64,000 bases of DNA, taken from contig OZ038379.1 in assembly GCA_964036045.1 (NCBI GenBank), positions 52,514,001 through 52,578,000 on the forward strand. Direction: 5' to 3'. The stretch is from Eutreptiella sp. 'Long Island Sound 2002'. Taxonomy: Eukaryota > Protista > Euglenida. Position numbers and translations under genes: made by a program. Positions 13,955-28,643 of the stretch are shown piece by piece (within the stretch, counting starts at the first letter, position 1; each line of letters starts with the position of its first letter). The notes below the pieces were generated by a model. The model saw only the letters and a list, made by a program, of their open reading frames with translations. It was not told where the DNA came from and ran no database searches.

Positions 13955-14063
13955 CAGAAGTGGCACTACTGTAGGGAGGGCCTATGACCTTGTTCAATTT
14001 CAGAAATTGTGTCTTGCTAAAACCCGGTAGTACTAAGGTGGGAGACCACTTGGACCATTGGGG
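13955..14063 (+). pseudogene. 5S rRNA-derived sequence (pseudogene or SINE3 head)
   Basis: gttcaatttcagaaatt and gtagtactaaggtgggagaccacttgg match the order and spacing of the 5S box A and box C region (TTAGTACT..GGTGGG.GACC), as I recall them for euglenid 5S. Confidence 0.6.
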
Positions 14064-14268
14064 GGGGGGGGGGGTCGCCGTTGGTTTCGCCGTTTACTCC
14101 AATGTGGTGGGTGCACTATCGGCAATGCTGGAGCCCGCAGCCCCCCCCCCCCCCCCAACTCCAAGGAGAGGGCGCACAGCCTCGGCAAATCAGGGACGCC
14201 GGGGGGGGGGGGGACTACTAGGCGCGTTTTACCCCCCTCCCCTTGGCAAGGGACCACCGTGGTTTGGT

Positions 14269-15100
14269 CACCTGACTTGGGTGCGCTTGTCCTTCCATCG
14301 CGCCGGGTCGCCACGGGGGGGAGTCCCAAGAGCAAGGGCTTCGGCTATCCCCTAACCCTATCATACGGGCCCTTCCCTAACCCAAGAGCGTCCAAGACAA
14401 TAATAGCCACATGCCCTCGTTATTAGTACAGCCCTTCCCTAACCCAGGAGCGCCCAAGACAATAATAGCCATAGGCCCTCGTTAATAGTGCAATCACGCT
14501 TCCACTGCGCACCTGGGGCCAGGTGTTGAAGTAGTTGTTGGACGGGTGCTAAAGCATGCACTATACTGGCTTTAGCCCCACATGCAGATGCGCTCTTGAC
14601 TCAAGGCGGAGGGGGTGTGGATGGCGAAGTCCCTCCTTCCTCTAGGGGGCTTCCGGTGCGCGGGGCGTACAGAGCGGCCGTGTTTCACACGCCCGGTGGC
14701 TATGCTCTTTAAGATGAGGAAGCCCAGGGACAAATGCCGGTTGTTGTCGACGTAGCCCCTCGTGCGCCCAAAGAGGGGTCGGCGGGCCTACTTTCTTCTG
14801 AACTACCTTCTGCCGGCCGCCCCACGCATGGTGCCGCCGCGCCCCTATGAGCGATTGACCGGCAGGCAGGTGGCAAGACACCGCCGCGACAAGGGAGCGC
14901 GGCCTCCGGGGGCGGGGGCCAGGGTGTAGCCGGGTGCAGCGCTGTATGCCCGGCACCGGGCACCGTTGTTCGTGGCCTGCAGACAGCGGGGCGCGGAGAA
15001 CTGCTGCCACCGGGCCGACGATGGGCACTACAAGAACACGGCACAAGCGCGGGCATCGCCGTGCGCCTTGCGGGTGTGGCCACGCATTGTGAATATTTTG
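14269..15100 (+). mobile_element. Family C repeat unit (junction block plus YFLLNY motif)
   Basis: Junction block homologous to 37687-37810 and 44914-45080, with a 62-bp tandem duplication at 14369-14490. Encodes AYFLLNYLLPAAPRMVPPRPYERL at 14786-14860. Confidence 0.65.
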
Positions 15101-15934
15101 CTACTTTTTTCAGTCATTTTTGGCGAGCCGGGGCTAGGCCTCATGCCTCACTTGGTTAGCATTTGTTTGCCGACCATGCAATGTGTTCACCATTGCGTGG
15201 CAAAACACCGCATGAAAGTGTCGTGGTTGTCCTGTGTACCGGAGGACTCACCAGAAATGGCAGGGCAAATTGCAAGGTCCGTTGTTGCTGAGTGTGTTGT
15301 CCGGTCATCATAGTCACCAGGGCCACATCCCATGATAGTAGACAGCCGTGAGAGGGCACGCCAATCACCCTCTGTGCAACACCCTTGTGTCTTCAATATA
15401 CTCCAAGGTGGCCAAGTCTTTGACGCCAAGCCCCGCTTCTTCCATTTCCTTGCGCGGGGCTCGATCAATCACACCAAGTCCGGTTTCTAATATCTATTTT
15501 GGGGTAGCTAGGACTCCCAAAGCGAGCCCCCCCCCCCCCCCATGCCGCCCTCACCAGTGTACTCATCGGTGGCACGGTCGCTCACACCTATGAGGCCTTG
15601 GTATGCACACACGGATTGGGTGTCGGTGCTGTGCAACACTGGCAGTTCACAGTGGACGATGGACCGCCCAGCAGGGCTCCACCTTGTTGGCACGGCCCGA
15701 AAAAAAAGCAGAAGAGGGCACGGCCAGTGAAGAGGGCACAACAACCATTCAACTAATCTGCAGTATGTGTGGTTTGTTTGTTGCAGCGTTTCTGCGGATA
15801 ACCTAGTTGAGCGCACAGTTTGTGGCGGGGGGCGGAGGAGTCGTGTTGGGGCTTGCTTGCCTTGCTGCACCTGAGTTCGCTTCCACACTCTGAAGTTGTG
15901 AATCACTCTGCTAGTGGATGGCTTGCAACCCTAG

Positions 15935-16961
<1,027 letters not shown>

Positions 16962-18279
16962 TAACCACACTCCCTGCAATGTGGCAAAGTACTGAAGGCA
17001 AGCCTCCAAGGTATCCGGCTGGGCAGATACCTAAAGATAACTGTGTTTTCCCCATTTTATTCCGGATGCGCACATACCTATTTTATAAAAGGCTGTAGTG
17101 GGAAGCAACCACTTTTCTCTCACAATTTGTTGTGCCAACTGCTCGTTGAAAATCATGATTTTGCAATGCTGTTCCATTTTGTCATGCCTTGGCTGCAACT
17201 TGTTCATTTTGCTCTTGTGTTCTTTTTGCTTTGTTCCTTTGTGTTGGCTTTTTTGTCACCAAAGTGGACCTAGTTGCAACTTGTTCCTTTTGTGTTCCCT
17301 TTACTTGGTGTTCCTATGTCAGCTATTTTGTCATCAAAATGGAGCCATCTGCATTTTGGCAATATGAGGGCAAGCTATTCATGTCAAAGCGGGAAGGTGT
17401 ATGCCTTTGCTTGGAAGCAGATGCCCAATCATCAAAGAAACTGAAAGGTAGTTGGAAGGAGCGAAAGGCATTGGGAATCAAAGTGAGCGGCAAGTATAGT
17501 AGTAGACGGGCTGGTGTATGAGCTCATGTTGACAACAGAAGGTTGTGGTTTTAGGCAAGCAAGACCATCCGAGATGATTTCTAAGAAAAAGGACGAGCTT
17601 TTGTCAAGCCCAAAGGTATTTTGTCATACCATGGCGACCGTTCCAAACCTATTTTTTTTGTCTCGGACCGCTCCACAATGCATGGCATTTTTACCATTCT
17701 ACATCCCCTTAGCGGCGTGGAGCCGTCATTCTTTACTGAAAAGTAGTTGAGCCTAAAAGACATATTCAAAAGGCATATGTGTCTTTTTGTTTTAATGGCA
17801 TTGTCCCTACACCATAGCCTTGTCCGTAAATGATAGTTTTTGGCTGAGAGGTTGTTATTTAAGAAAGATTTCCTATTTTTTACCTAGCCGCTCCGGCCGC
17901 CGGTGACATGGCCGCGCACCCGGCAGCCCATTGCGATTTATGCCTTCGTCCGGTGTTGGCGATCGCTCCAGCACCACTATGCCCACCAGCCCTGGCATTG
18001 GGTGATAGGGCCGTCCACATGTGCTGGCTGAAGCCGCCCCCGCGGGCGCGACCAGTGGCCGGACACCCCCCCTTGGTAGCCTTACTTGTAGCCACACACG
18101 AACGGCGTGTGCGGATGCCCGTGCTTGCACCGCGTTGATGCGGCGCCCTTGGTGGGCCGGCTAGGAGTAGTGCCCTATGCTCCGCTCCCTTGGTACGCGT
18201 TTGAACCCCAAGGTTGTTCCCGACTAGAATGTTCCCGATGGGAACAATTCCCGCCGGACCAATTTCTTTGGGAACACCA

Positions 18280-19240
18280 CTAGAACAAGTGTCGCAGGCC
18301 AGATAACCAGATCCATCACCATGAGTTTCCAAGTTCGTGAATGATGTTTTTTGTCTCTTTCATGCATGTGTAACGCGTCCAAGGCTTGTCTTTCCCATCG
18401 GGGCCATGTTGACATATTGTGGGCCGTTGGTGCCACCTTCCACTAGGTGTACACATTTCGAACTTTTCGTATCCATTTGCAAGCCTGCTGTTCCTTGTCC
18501 ACACGCACCGTTGTATGACTTTTCAACGTTGGCGTACCCGTCTTCCCGTTTGATTTGTGCATTGTGGCCATGCCTAGGGTCCCATTTTGGTATTTGTTCC
18601 TTGCCTGAATGGTCGGTGGGTCTACGGGCATCTTCCCCTAGGGGTATGGATTGCCAAATTTCGCTTCGTAGTTCATTGTTGTAGCTTCGGCATGCCTGCG
18701 ACACAGACCCGGGTTCAGCAACTAACCGCCTACCTCATCCATTTGGCTAGTGCTGTTAGCCTCCAGGGCGGGGATCTTGTTGGGGAGCTCATAGCGGAAT
18801 GGGCCATCTCCTCTCCACTCACCCACTGCCAATTTGCGGTGGCCGTGCGTCTGGCCCAACCGAGCTGTGTCCGAGAGATACAGCAGGGCTTTCCAGCAGC
18901 GCTAGCAAGATCTACTAGCCCCCTTGGAGCTTGCCCCCCCGGTGAGCACATTGGATCCCAAGGCCACGGGCATCAGTTGGCCATGGGCATCGTGGCTGCG
19001 CCACATTGCCAGCCAACTGCCGTTGTGCCGCATGATCGATGGGTCGTTACCCCTGACATGCATTGTCAGGGGGGATGGCTACCCATGCGCAGATGGGGAG
19101 TGGTCCCAATTGTCCGTGTCCATCGCTTGCACGGGCCTTTGGGGACGCATTCCCACCTGCGTGTGGGTAATCGGCCTCGCAATTTGCGGGGACAAAGCGA
19201 TGGCGACCTTGGCAACCTCTAGGAAGCCAATATTAAGGTG
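18280..19240 (-). mobile_element. LINE-like fragment (post-RT region) inside the family B element
   Basis: Broken frames with PRGLVDL and W/K-rich post-RT-like text; no intact motif set. Confidence 0.35.
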
Positions 19241-19446
19241 TGCCGCATACACACCGTGTTGTTCCGGTGACGTTCCGATAACTTGTTCCGGCGACGTTCC
19301 GGCGACGTCCAAGTGTTTTGTTGGAACCGTCACCGGAACAATTTGGTTCCAACAAAATTGATGCTGTTTTCTTAGGCCATCCAGGAGGTTGTGGACACCC
19401 ACCGGGTGGCCTACAACTCCCGCGAGCGAGCGGCCAATGCCTGGCT

Positions 19447-20330
19447 AGGTTTGGGTGCGGGTTTGGGCTTGGGTTTGGTTTTGGGCTTGGGTTTGGGTTT
19501 GGGTTTGGGTTGGGGTTTGGGTTGCGGGTTTTGGCTTGGGCTTGGGTTTGGGTTTGGGTTTGGGTTGCGGGTTTGGGCTTGGGCTTGGGTTTGGGTTTGG
19601 GTTGCGGGTTTGGGCTTGGGTGTGGGTTTGGGTTTGGGTTTGGGTTTGGGTTTGGGCTTGGGTTTGGGCTTGGGTTTGGGCTTGGGTGTGCATTGTGTTG
19701 GTGTGTTTTGTGTGTTACCTTGCCCCCCCCCCCCCCCGTGTCCCTTTCGGGGTTTGGGTTTGGGCTTGGGTTTGGGCTTGGGTTTGGGCTTGGGTGTGGG
19801 TTTGGGTTTGAGTTTGGGCTTGGGTTTGGGTTTGGGAGGCGGGTTTGGGCTTGGGCTTGGGTTTGGGTTTGGGATGCGGGTTTGGGCTTGGGCTTGGGTT
19901 TGGGTTTGGGTTTGGGTTTGGGTTGCGGGTTTGGGCTTGGGTGTGGGTTTGGGTTTGGGTTTGGGTTTGGGTTTGGGCTTGGGTTTGGGCTTGGGTTTGG
20001 GCTTGGGTGTGTGCATTGTGTTGGTGTGTTTTGCGTTTTACCCTGCCCCCCCCCCCCCCCGTGTCCCTTTCGGGGTTTGGGTTTGGGCTTGGGTTTGGGC
20101 TTGGGTTTGGGCTTGGGTGTGGGTTTGGGTTTGGGTTTGGGCTTGGGTTTGGGTTTGTGTTGCGGGTTTGGGCTTGGGCTTGGGTTTGGGTTTGGGTTTG
20201 GGTTGCGGGTTTGGGCTTGGGCTTGGGTTTGGGTTTGGGTTTGGGTTTGGGTTGCGGGTTTGGGCTTGGGTGTGGGTTTGGGTTTGGGTTGCGGGTTTGG
20301 GTTTGGGCTTGGGTCTGGGCTTGCGTGTGT
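19447..20330. repeat. (GGGTTT/GGGCTT)n higher-order minisatellite, ~310-bp units; second array at 22058-22510
   Basis: Hexamer variants punctuated by gtgtgcattgtgttggtgtgttttg..ccctgcccc(C)n..gtgtccctttcg. Confidence 0.97.
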
Positions 20331-20855
20331 GCATTGTGTTGGTGTGTTTTGTGTGTTACCCTGCCCCCCCCCCCCGTGTCCCTTTCGCTCCTTGCCCCCC
20401 TTTGTCCCTTTCCCTGTTTGCACCCCTTTGTCTGTCTTTGAATGACGATTTTGATTTTGATTTTGATAGAAATATTGAATAAAAAGAAGAAAGGTTTGTG
20501 CCTTCCCTTCAAAACCCCAGGCAGTCGACCTGGGGCCCAGCCACTGCGTGGCGGGTAGTTGGGTTTCACTCTCCCTTCCAAACCATAGGCAGATGACCTG
20601 GGCCTAGCCACCGCAGTGGCGGGTAATTGATCTGCTTACCACGGTTCCCTAGGTCCCCCCCCCTGGGGCTGCAGTGCGCGCAGTGCGCCTTGTGCGCGCC
20701 CAGAACTGTGTGTATTTTCCACTGTTCTGGCGACGTTCCAACAACCTGTTCTGGCGACGTTCTGGCGACGTTCCAACGGTCACTGGAACGTCGCCAGAAC
20801 GTCGCCAGAACAAGTTACCGGAACGTCACCAGAACAAGGTGCACAGTGTGCGGTA

Positions 20856-20879
<24 letters not shown>

Positions 20880-20891
<12 letters not shown>

Positions 20892-23800
20892 CACACCACA
20901 CACCACGGACCACGGACCAACCACAGACCGACCACAGACCACCAACCGCGGACCACCAACCACAGACCACAAACCACAAACCACCAACCACACACCACAG
21001 ACCACATACCACAGACCAACCACAGACCACCAACCACAGAGCACCAACCAAAGACCACGAGCCACAGACCACAGACCAAAGACGACAAACCACAGACTAA
21101 AGACCACAGACCAAAGACCACAAACCACAAACCACACACCACAGAACACACACCACAGACCAACCACAGACCACCAACCGCAGACCACCAACCACAGACC
21201 GCAGACCACATACCACAGACCAACCACAGACCACCAACCACAGACCACCAACCACAGACCATCAACCACAGACCACGGACCAAAGACCACAAACCAGAGA
21301 CTAAAGACCACAGACCTCAGACCACAGATCACCAACCACACACCACAGACAACAGACCACAGACCACAAACCACACACCACAGACCACTCACCACAGGCC
21401 ACCGACCACACACCACCAACCATAGACCACAAACCACAGACTAAAGACCACAAACCACAAACCACAAACCACACACCACAGACCACACACCACAGACCAA
21501 CCACAGACCACCTACCGCAGACCACCAACGATAGACCGCACACCACATACCACAGACCAACCACAGACCACCAACCACAGACCATCAACCACAGACCACA
21601 GAACAAAGACCACAAACCAAAGACCACAAACCGGAGACTAAAGACCACAGACCTCAGACCACAGATCACCAACCACACACCACAGACAACAGACCACAGA
21701 CCACAGACCACACACCACACACCAGAGACCACTCACCACAGGCCACCGACCACCGACCACAGACCACATACCACAGACCACAGACCACCAACCACGTACG
21801 ATAGACCGCAGACCATAGACCACAGGCCACAAACCAGTTTCCTCCATGTCATACGGGCCACTCGGGCTCGAAAAACTCTCCCCCAGGAAGGTGTTCCGGC
21901 GACGTTCCAGTAAATGGTTCTGGCGCTGTTCAAATCTTGAACGCCTAAAAACACCGGAACGTCGCCGGAACATCGCCGGAACAACTTGCTGGAACGTCGC
22001 TAGAACAACTTTTATTGCCCCCTCCTTTGCAACCACAGACCACAGACCACAGACCACAGGCTTGGGCTTGGGTTTGGGTTTGGGTTGCGGGTTTGGGCTT
22101 GGGCTTTGGTTTGGGTTTGGGTTTGGGTTGCGGGTTTGGGCTTGGGTGTGGGTTTGGGTTTGGGTTTGGGTTCGGGTTGGGGCTTGGGTTTGGGCTTGGG
22201 TGTGTGCATTGTGTTGGTGTGTTTTGCGTGTTACCCTGCCACCCCCCCCCCCCCACTGTCCCTTTCGGGGTTTGGGGTTGGGCTTGGGTTTGGGCTTGGG
22301 TTTGGGCTTGGGTGTGGGTTTGGGTTTGGGTTTGGGCTTGGGTTTGGGTTGCGGGTTTGGGCTTGGGCTTGGGTTTGGGTTTGGGTTTGGGTTGCGGGTT
22401 TGGGCTTGGGCTTGGGTTTGGGTTTGGGTTTGGGTTGCGGGTTTGGGCTTGGGCTTGGGTGTGGGTTTGGGTTTGGGTTGCGGGTTTGGGTTTGGGCTTG
22501 GGTTTGGGCTTGCGTGTGTGCATTGTGTTGGTGTGTTTTGTGTGTAACCCTGCCCCCCCCCCCCCCGTGTCCCTTTCGCTCCCCCCCCCCCTTTGTCCCT
22601 TTCCCTGTTTGCACCCCTTTGTCTGTCTTTGAATGACAATTTTGATTTTGATTTTGATAGAAATATTGAAAAAAAAGAAGAAAGGGTTGTGCCTTCCCTT
22701 CAAAACCCCAGGCAGTCGACCTGGGGCCCAGCCACTGCGTGGCGGGTAGTTGGGTTTCACTCTCCCTTCCAAACCATAGGCAGATGACCTGGGCCTAGCC
22801 ACCGCAGTGGCGGGTAATTGATCTGCTTACCACGGTTCCCTAGGCCCCCCCCCCCCCCGGGGCTGCAGTGCGCGCAGTGCGCCTTGTGCGCGCCCAGAAC
22901 TGTGTGTATTTTCCACTGTTCGGGTGACGTTCCAACAACCTGTTCTGGCGACGTTCTGGCGACGTTCCAACGGTCACTGGAACGTCGCCAGAACGTCGCC
23001 AGAACAAGTTACCGGAACGTCACCAGAACAAGGTGCGCAGTGTGCGGTACCACACACACACACACACACACCACACACCACACACCACGGACCAACCACA
23101 GACCAACCACAGACCACCAACCGCGGACCACCAACCACAGACCACAAACCACAAACCACCAACCACACACCACAGACCACATACCACAGACCAACCACAG
23201 ACCACCAACCACAGACCACCAACCAAAGACCACGAGCCACAGACCACAGACCAAAGACGACAAACCACAGACTAAAGACCACAGACCAAAAACCACAAAC
23301 CATAAACCACACACCACAGACCACACACCACAGACCAACCACAGACCACCAACCGCAGACCACCAACCACAGACCACAGACCACATACCACAGACCAACC
23401 ACAGACCACCAACCACAGACCATCAACCACATACCACAGACCAAAGACCACAAACCAAAGACCACAAACCAGAGACTAAAGATCACAGACCTCAGACCAC
23501 AGATCACCAACCACACACCACAGACAACAGACCACAGACCACAAACCACACACCACAGACCACTCACCACAGGCCACCGACCACACACCACCAACCACAC
23601 ACCACCAACCACAGACCACCAACCACAGACCACAAACCAGAGACTAAAGACCACAGACCACAGACCACAAACCACCAACCACACACCACAGACCACACAC
23701 CACAGACCAACCACAGACCACCAACCACAGACCACCAACCGCAGACCGCACACCACATACCACAGACCAACCATAGACCACCAACCACAGACCACCAACC

Positions 23801-24575
23801 GCAGACCATCAACCACAGACCACAGAACAAAGACCACAAACCAAAGACCACAAACCAGAGACCAAAGACCACAAACCTCAGACCACAGATCACCAACCAC
23901 ACACCAGAGACAACACACCACACACCACAGACCACTCACCACAGGCCACCGACCACCGACCACCGACCACAGACCACAGACCACAGACCACAGACCACCA
24001 ACCACGTACGATAGACCGCAGACCATAGACCACAGACCACAGACCAGTTTCCTCCATGTCATACGGGCCACTTGGGCCAGAAAAACTTTCCCCTAAGAAG
24101 GTGTTCCGGCGACGTTCCAGTAAATGGTTCTGGCGGTGTTCAAATCTTGAACACCTAAAAACACCGGAACGTCGCCGGAACGTCGCCGGAACAACTTGCT
24201 GGAACGTCGCCAGAACAACTTTTATTGCCCCCTCGTTTGCAACCCCAGACCACAGACCACAGACCACAAACCACAGAGCACCAACCACAGCCAACAGACC
24301 ACAGACCACACACCACACACCACAGACCACAGACCATTGAGCACCAACCACAGCCCACAGACCATGGACCGCACACCACACACCACAGACCACAGACCAC
24401 AGAGCACCAACCACAGCCCATAGACCACAGACCACAGACCACAGACCACAAGCCATAGACCATGGACAACCAACCACAGACCGCACACCACACACCACAG
24501 ACAACCAACCACAGACCACACACCACAGACCACAGACCACCAACCACAGACCACAGACCACACACCATGGACCAC
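20880..24575. repeat. (ACCACAG)n-type heptamer arrays at 20880-21830, 23070-24040 and 24245-24575, within a ~2.2-kb tandem duplication
   Basis: Unique blocks 20330-20870 and 22515-23060 are near-identical, as are 21836-22035 and 24045-24245. Confidence 0.95.
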
Positions 24576-26367
24576 ACACGGGATCATCTACTGTGGGGTT
24601 CTCGGCTTCGCCCCAGCCCTTCAATCCAACGTGACGATATAAACTCCTACCCCCTTTATTGGCGCGGGGCATGCTCACATGCTATGACGTTGCATGCAAA
24701 CATACCGTACAAAAATATTTTTCATGATACCTGCACAGTGAAGCACGGGGGGAAGCAGGACAGAAGGGGGACGGACTCAACAGACTCAACTGACCCACAA
24801 CCCCCACAAGGGCCTACCCTCCCCCGGGGGGGTGGGGGTTGGAGACTGACAACACCCGAGACTCCGCTAGGACCCCCCCCCCTAGGGTAGGACGGAACCT
24901 AAGCAAAGGCCTGGGCTAGGCCCTAGGTCGGGAGCCTGCTTTTTGGAAGGGAGAGTGAAAGAAAACGAAAAACCATTGCTAATCACCCGCCACCCGAAAA
25001 GGGGTTCACAAAGAGACTACCCCGATGCGCTCGCACGGGCACCTTGCACAACAATGTATGTTACCATTTTACCCTTCCTCGTGCTTTGCTCTTAATGTAG
25101 GTTGCTTGTTCCGGCGACGTTCAAATAACTTGTTCCAGCGGTGTTCCAATGGTGTTCTAACAAAAACTGTTTTTGAAAACAAGTTTTTTTCACGTGGCAA
25201 CGCGGCGGACAACAAATATAAGCATACCAGCGGGGACCCCCAAGGCTAGCAAACAACATATTTTGCTATCATGTACGGGCAGGCTTGGTTGGGGGGTAAA
25301 CAAATTTCGAACTTTTTTTGTTCCGGCCATATAGCCTAGAACACTGGAACAATTTGGCTGGAGCAACCTTGGGGTTCAAACGCGCACCAAGGGCTATCCA
25401 TAGGCCAGGCAAGGTAGGGCCTAGTGCAAGGCACAAAGCACCCCGCCCAGCTGCACCCAATCGCATGTCCTAGAGAGCCGCGCTCCCCGGGAGCGGGGAT
25501 TTATTGCCAGTTGCTGCAGGGCAGTTGCTCGTAGAGGCATAGTGGCGCCATGCCCGGGCTGGCCGGCGGGAAGTAGTCCACGAGCAAGTACTCTTGACGA
25601 CCGTTCGCGGGCACGCCAGGCGCGGAGTCCATGGTGAACGGCAGTGTTCCTCCAAGCTCCTCATTACGAACCCTTGGACCCGGTGGTCCCCGAGCTATGG
25701 GAGCGTTGTGCCTGTGTGAGCCTCGAAGTCTGTAGCCATTTCCACGTATGGAACGTGGCCCAAGCCCAGAAACAACGTGAGGCTCGTCACCGAGTGCAAA
25801 GTGGCCTCCATGAAGGGGGGTTTCCACGGCCATCCTAGCGGCATCCCGACCTGGGGTAGGAGCAGCATCGTTGGTGCCCCAGGAAGCGGCCCATCTCCGA
25901 AGTGCCACCCCGAATAGCCCCGCCGCGCCTCTAGCAGACCCCGCTGGCGGCGCTGGTGGAGCTGGGGCTGGAGCTGCTTGCACCGGTCGTTGCTCCACTT
26001 GCGCCATCTCTGGAGCAAAAGATGAAGGAAAAAAAAGTCTTTATTTTTGACCCCGAGAATTAATTTTTGTGAATCAACATTGTCCATCGAAAAATTCATT
26101 CACACATTAATGATTAACCAGAGCAGTGCTTAATTTTGAGCTACAAAAGCTAGTGACAACAACGCAAAAAAAAAAATTGAAAGACACAAGCAAACCGGCA
26201 CATGCAAAATACACCAAGAGCTGATTGTTTGCTTTGAGCATGTTGTCCAACATCAGCTTCATTGCAGATGCCTCCATGGCAACAAACAAAGAGCTGGGGG
26301 AGTGGAAGCAAGAGAGTGGGGGACTAATAGTGGCCATGTGTTTGGCCATGGTACATGGGGCGATATA

Positions 26368-28643
26368 CCCTAGGTACACGCTAGAAGACCCAATTTTGTT
26401 CTAGCCTAGATGGCGCTAGAAGGCTAGAAAGAAAAAAACAGGGGGTCACCCCCACCCGTGGGGGTCAAGGGTGGGTGATATGAAGGATCCAACTTGGACC
26501 CCCGTATTAGTACTTGGGGGCCTAGGGCTTGTTTTTCACAATTTCAGCGTTTTGACCTGAAATTGGAATGGAGAAAGTTTTTGTTCTAGCGACCTTCTAG
26601 CGACGTTCTAGCGCCGCTCCCTAGAACGGCGCTACAACATCTAGCCTAGAACGAGACTAGAAGAAAAACATTCAAACGTTTTGGCAAGCAAAGGACACCA
26701 ATGTGTGTGTGGGAGGGGTTCCATGACACACACACACACATGGAAACCAACACAGTGGGCGCATGCATATGCATATCTGCCCCCCCCCCCCACACAGTTT
26801 AGCATAGACACCACACACAACATACGATGTCAAGGGGAGAGAGGGTGGGGTAAGCGGCCGACCACAAGCACCGCACAAACACCCCCCCCAAGTGTCGAGC
26901 TATCAGCCCCCCCCCCTTTTCATGTTGTGGTCTGGGTTGTGGGGCTACTTTCCTTGTTGTGCTTAGGTTTAGGGAGGGTATCCATTACCTTTTTGCAAGT
27001 GTGCATTTGTTTTTTGAATTGGTTGACTTCGGCATTGAACTGAGAATGGACACCAAGAGGTAGGTGTGTTACTGCTTCCCTCCTCCCCGCCATGTGTGTC
27101 TGTGGTGTGGGGTTGTCGAGTGTACGGCTGTACCGTCAAGAGCTATGTTGTGTCGGTCACGGGTATGCTTTGTCCCCTCCTCCGAGGTTATGGGACCCCG
27201 CCCTCGTGTGTGTGTGCACTGGTAGCTGGCTTGTTGGTTGGTTGGCTGTTGGTTTTCGGGTTGCTTGGTTGGTTGTTGGGTTGGTTGGTTGGTTGTTTGA
27301 CAGCTGAGCTTGGCTAGTTGGTTGGTCGGTTGGTTGGTTGGTTGTGTGGTTGGTTGGTTGTTGGCTAGTTGCTAGGGTGTATGTGTGGGTGTGTGTGTGT
27401 GCACACGTGCTGTAGCATTGAACGTGGTGTTGGTCGGGCCGTATGTGTGTGTGTGTTGCCTAGACAGGTGCTGTGTGGTGTTGTTGCACAGTTGCACATT
27501 TCATTTTGGCGTTCTAGCGGCGTTCTAGTGAGGTGTTCTAGCGGCGTTCTAGCGGCGTTCTAGCGGCGCCGCTTAACTCGCTAGAACGTCGCTAGAACAC
27601 CTCGCTAGAACGCCGCTAGAACGCCGAAATAAAAAAGTGCACAACCCCCCCAAAGACCCTTGCAATGGCTGCACGGGCATGCTTTCACACAAACACAATG
27701 TGCAGCAATACCACAAAGCATGTGTGCAGGCAACACATAAACATACACGCCAGCAACTAGCCAACAACCAACCAACCACGCAACCAACCAACCAAGCAAC
27801 CGACCAACCAACCAGCCAAACTCAGCTGCCCAACAACCAGCCAACCAACCCAACAACCAACCAAGCAACCTGAAAACCAACAGCCAACCAACCAACAACC
27901 CAGCTACTTGTGCACACAGAAGGGGGGGGGGTCCCACAACCTGGGAGGAGGGGGGACAAAGCACACGACTGACCCACAAAGCATAGTGCATAACCCGACT
28001 GGGGGGGGGGGGGGGCAAGGGAGGAACAATGGTGGGAAGGGGGGACCTGTACACTAGACAACCCCACACCACAGACACACATGGCGGGGAGGAGGGAAGG
28101 AGTAACACACCTACCTCTTGGTGTCAGTGTGTACACACTTCTTGATTCAATGCCGAAGTCAACCAATTCAAAAAACTAAAGCACACCTGCAAAAAGGTAA
28201 TGGATACCCTCCCTAACCTTAAGCACAACAAGCAGAGTAGCCCCACAACCCAGACCACAACATGGAAAGGGGGGTTGATAGCTCGGCACTCAGGGGGTGC
28301 TTGTGCGGTGCTTGTGGTCGGCCTCTTACCCCACCCTCCCCACCCTTGACATCGTATGTTGTGTGTTGTGTTGTGCATATGCTCCCACAAAATTGTGTTT
28401 ATGCTGAGGGGGGGGGGTATGTGTATGCATGTGTCAAGTGTGTCGGTTGCTATGAGTGTGTGTGTCATGCACCCCTGATCCCACTGTGATAATTTGTTTT
28501 CTATCTTCTACCTATTCTACCAGTCCAGGCTGGAACGATTTGTGTTCTAGGCTAGACCATCTAGAGAACCGTTCTAGGGTAGAACATCTAGACTAGAAGT
28601 TCTGGGCTAGAACGAAAATGGGTGTTCTAGTGTGTACCAAGGG
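26368..28643. mobile_element. Family A foldback-type non-autonomous DNA transposon, copy 1 (2276 bp)
   Basis: ~40-bp TIRs CCCT(A/T)GGTACAC(G/A)CTAGAA(G/C)ACCCA..; TA on both flanks; ~0.9-kb internal inverted arms centred near 27560; CTAGAACGTCGCTAGAAC clusters. Confidence 0.92.

Larger units (their letters stand above)
18187..25393. mobile_element. Family B non-autonomous DNA transposon (7207 bp), CMC/EnSpm-like termini
   Basis: 34-bp terminal inverted repeats (TIRs) CCCTTGGT(A/G)CGCGTTTGAACCCCAAGGTTG(T/C)TCC match at 32/34 positions; 2-bp TSD CT at 18185-86 and 25394-95; internal GTTCCGGCGACGTTCC motif clusters; no transposase. Confidence 0.92.
17880..26010 (-). mobile_element. Family C copy (RNase H-like plus EYLLVDY motif) split by the family B insertion
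   Basis: GYSGWHFGDG..EMATDFE and QEYLLVDYFPPASPGMAPLCLYEQLPC at 25516-25900. Removing 18187-25395 restores the frame LWIA-EHRALLLAG. Confidence 0.6.

Noticed and set aside
14640-15100. Minus-strand ATNNGA text resembling RNase H
   Set aside because: The plus strand carries the motif conserved in four family C copies, so the minus reading is incidental.
19233-24678. Many long ORFs (PKPKPK, GLGLG, TTDHRPQ, WSVVCG)
   Set aside because: Translations of hexamer and heptamer microsatellites that lack stops in most frames on both strands.
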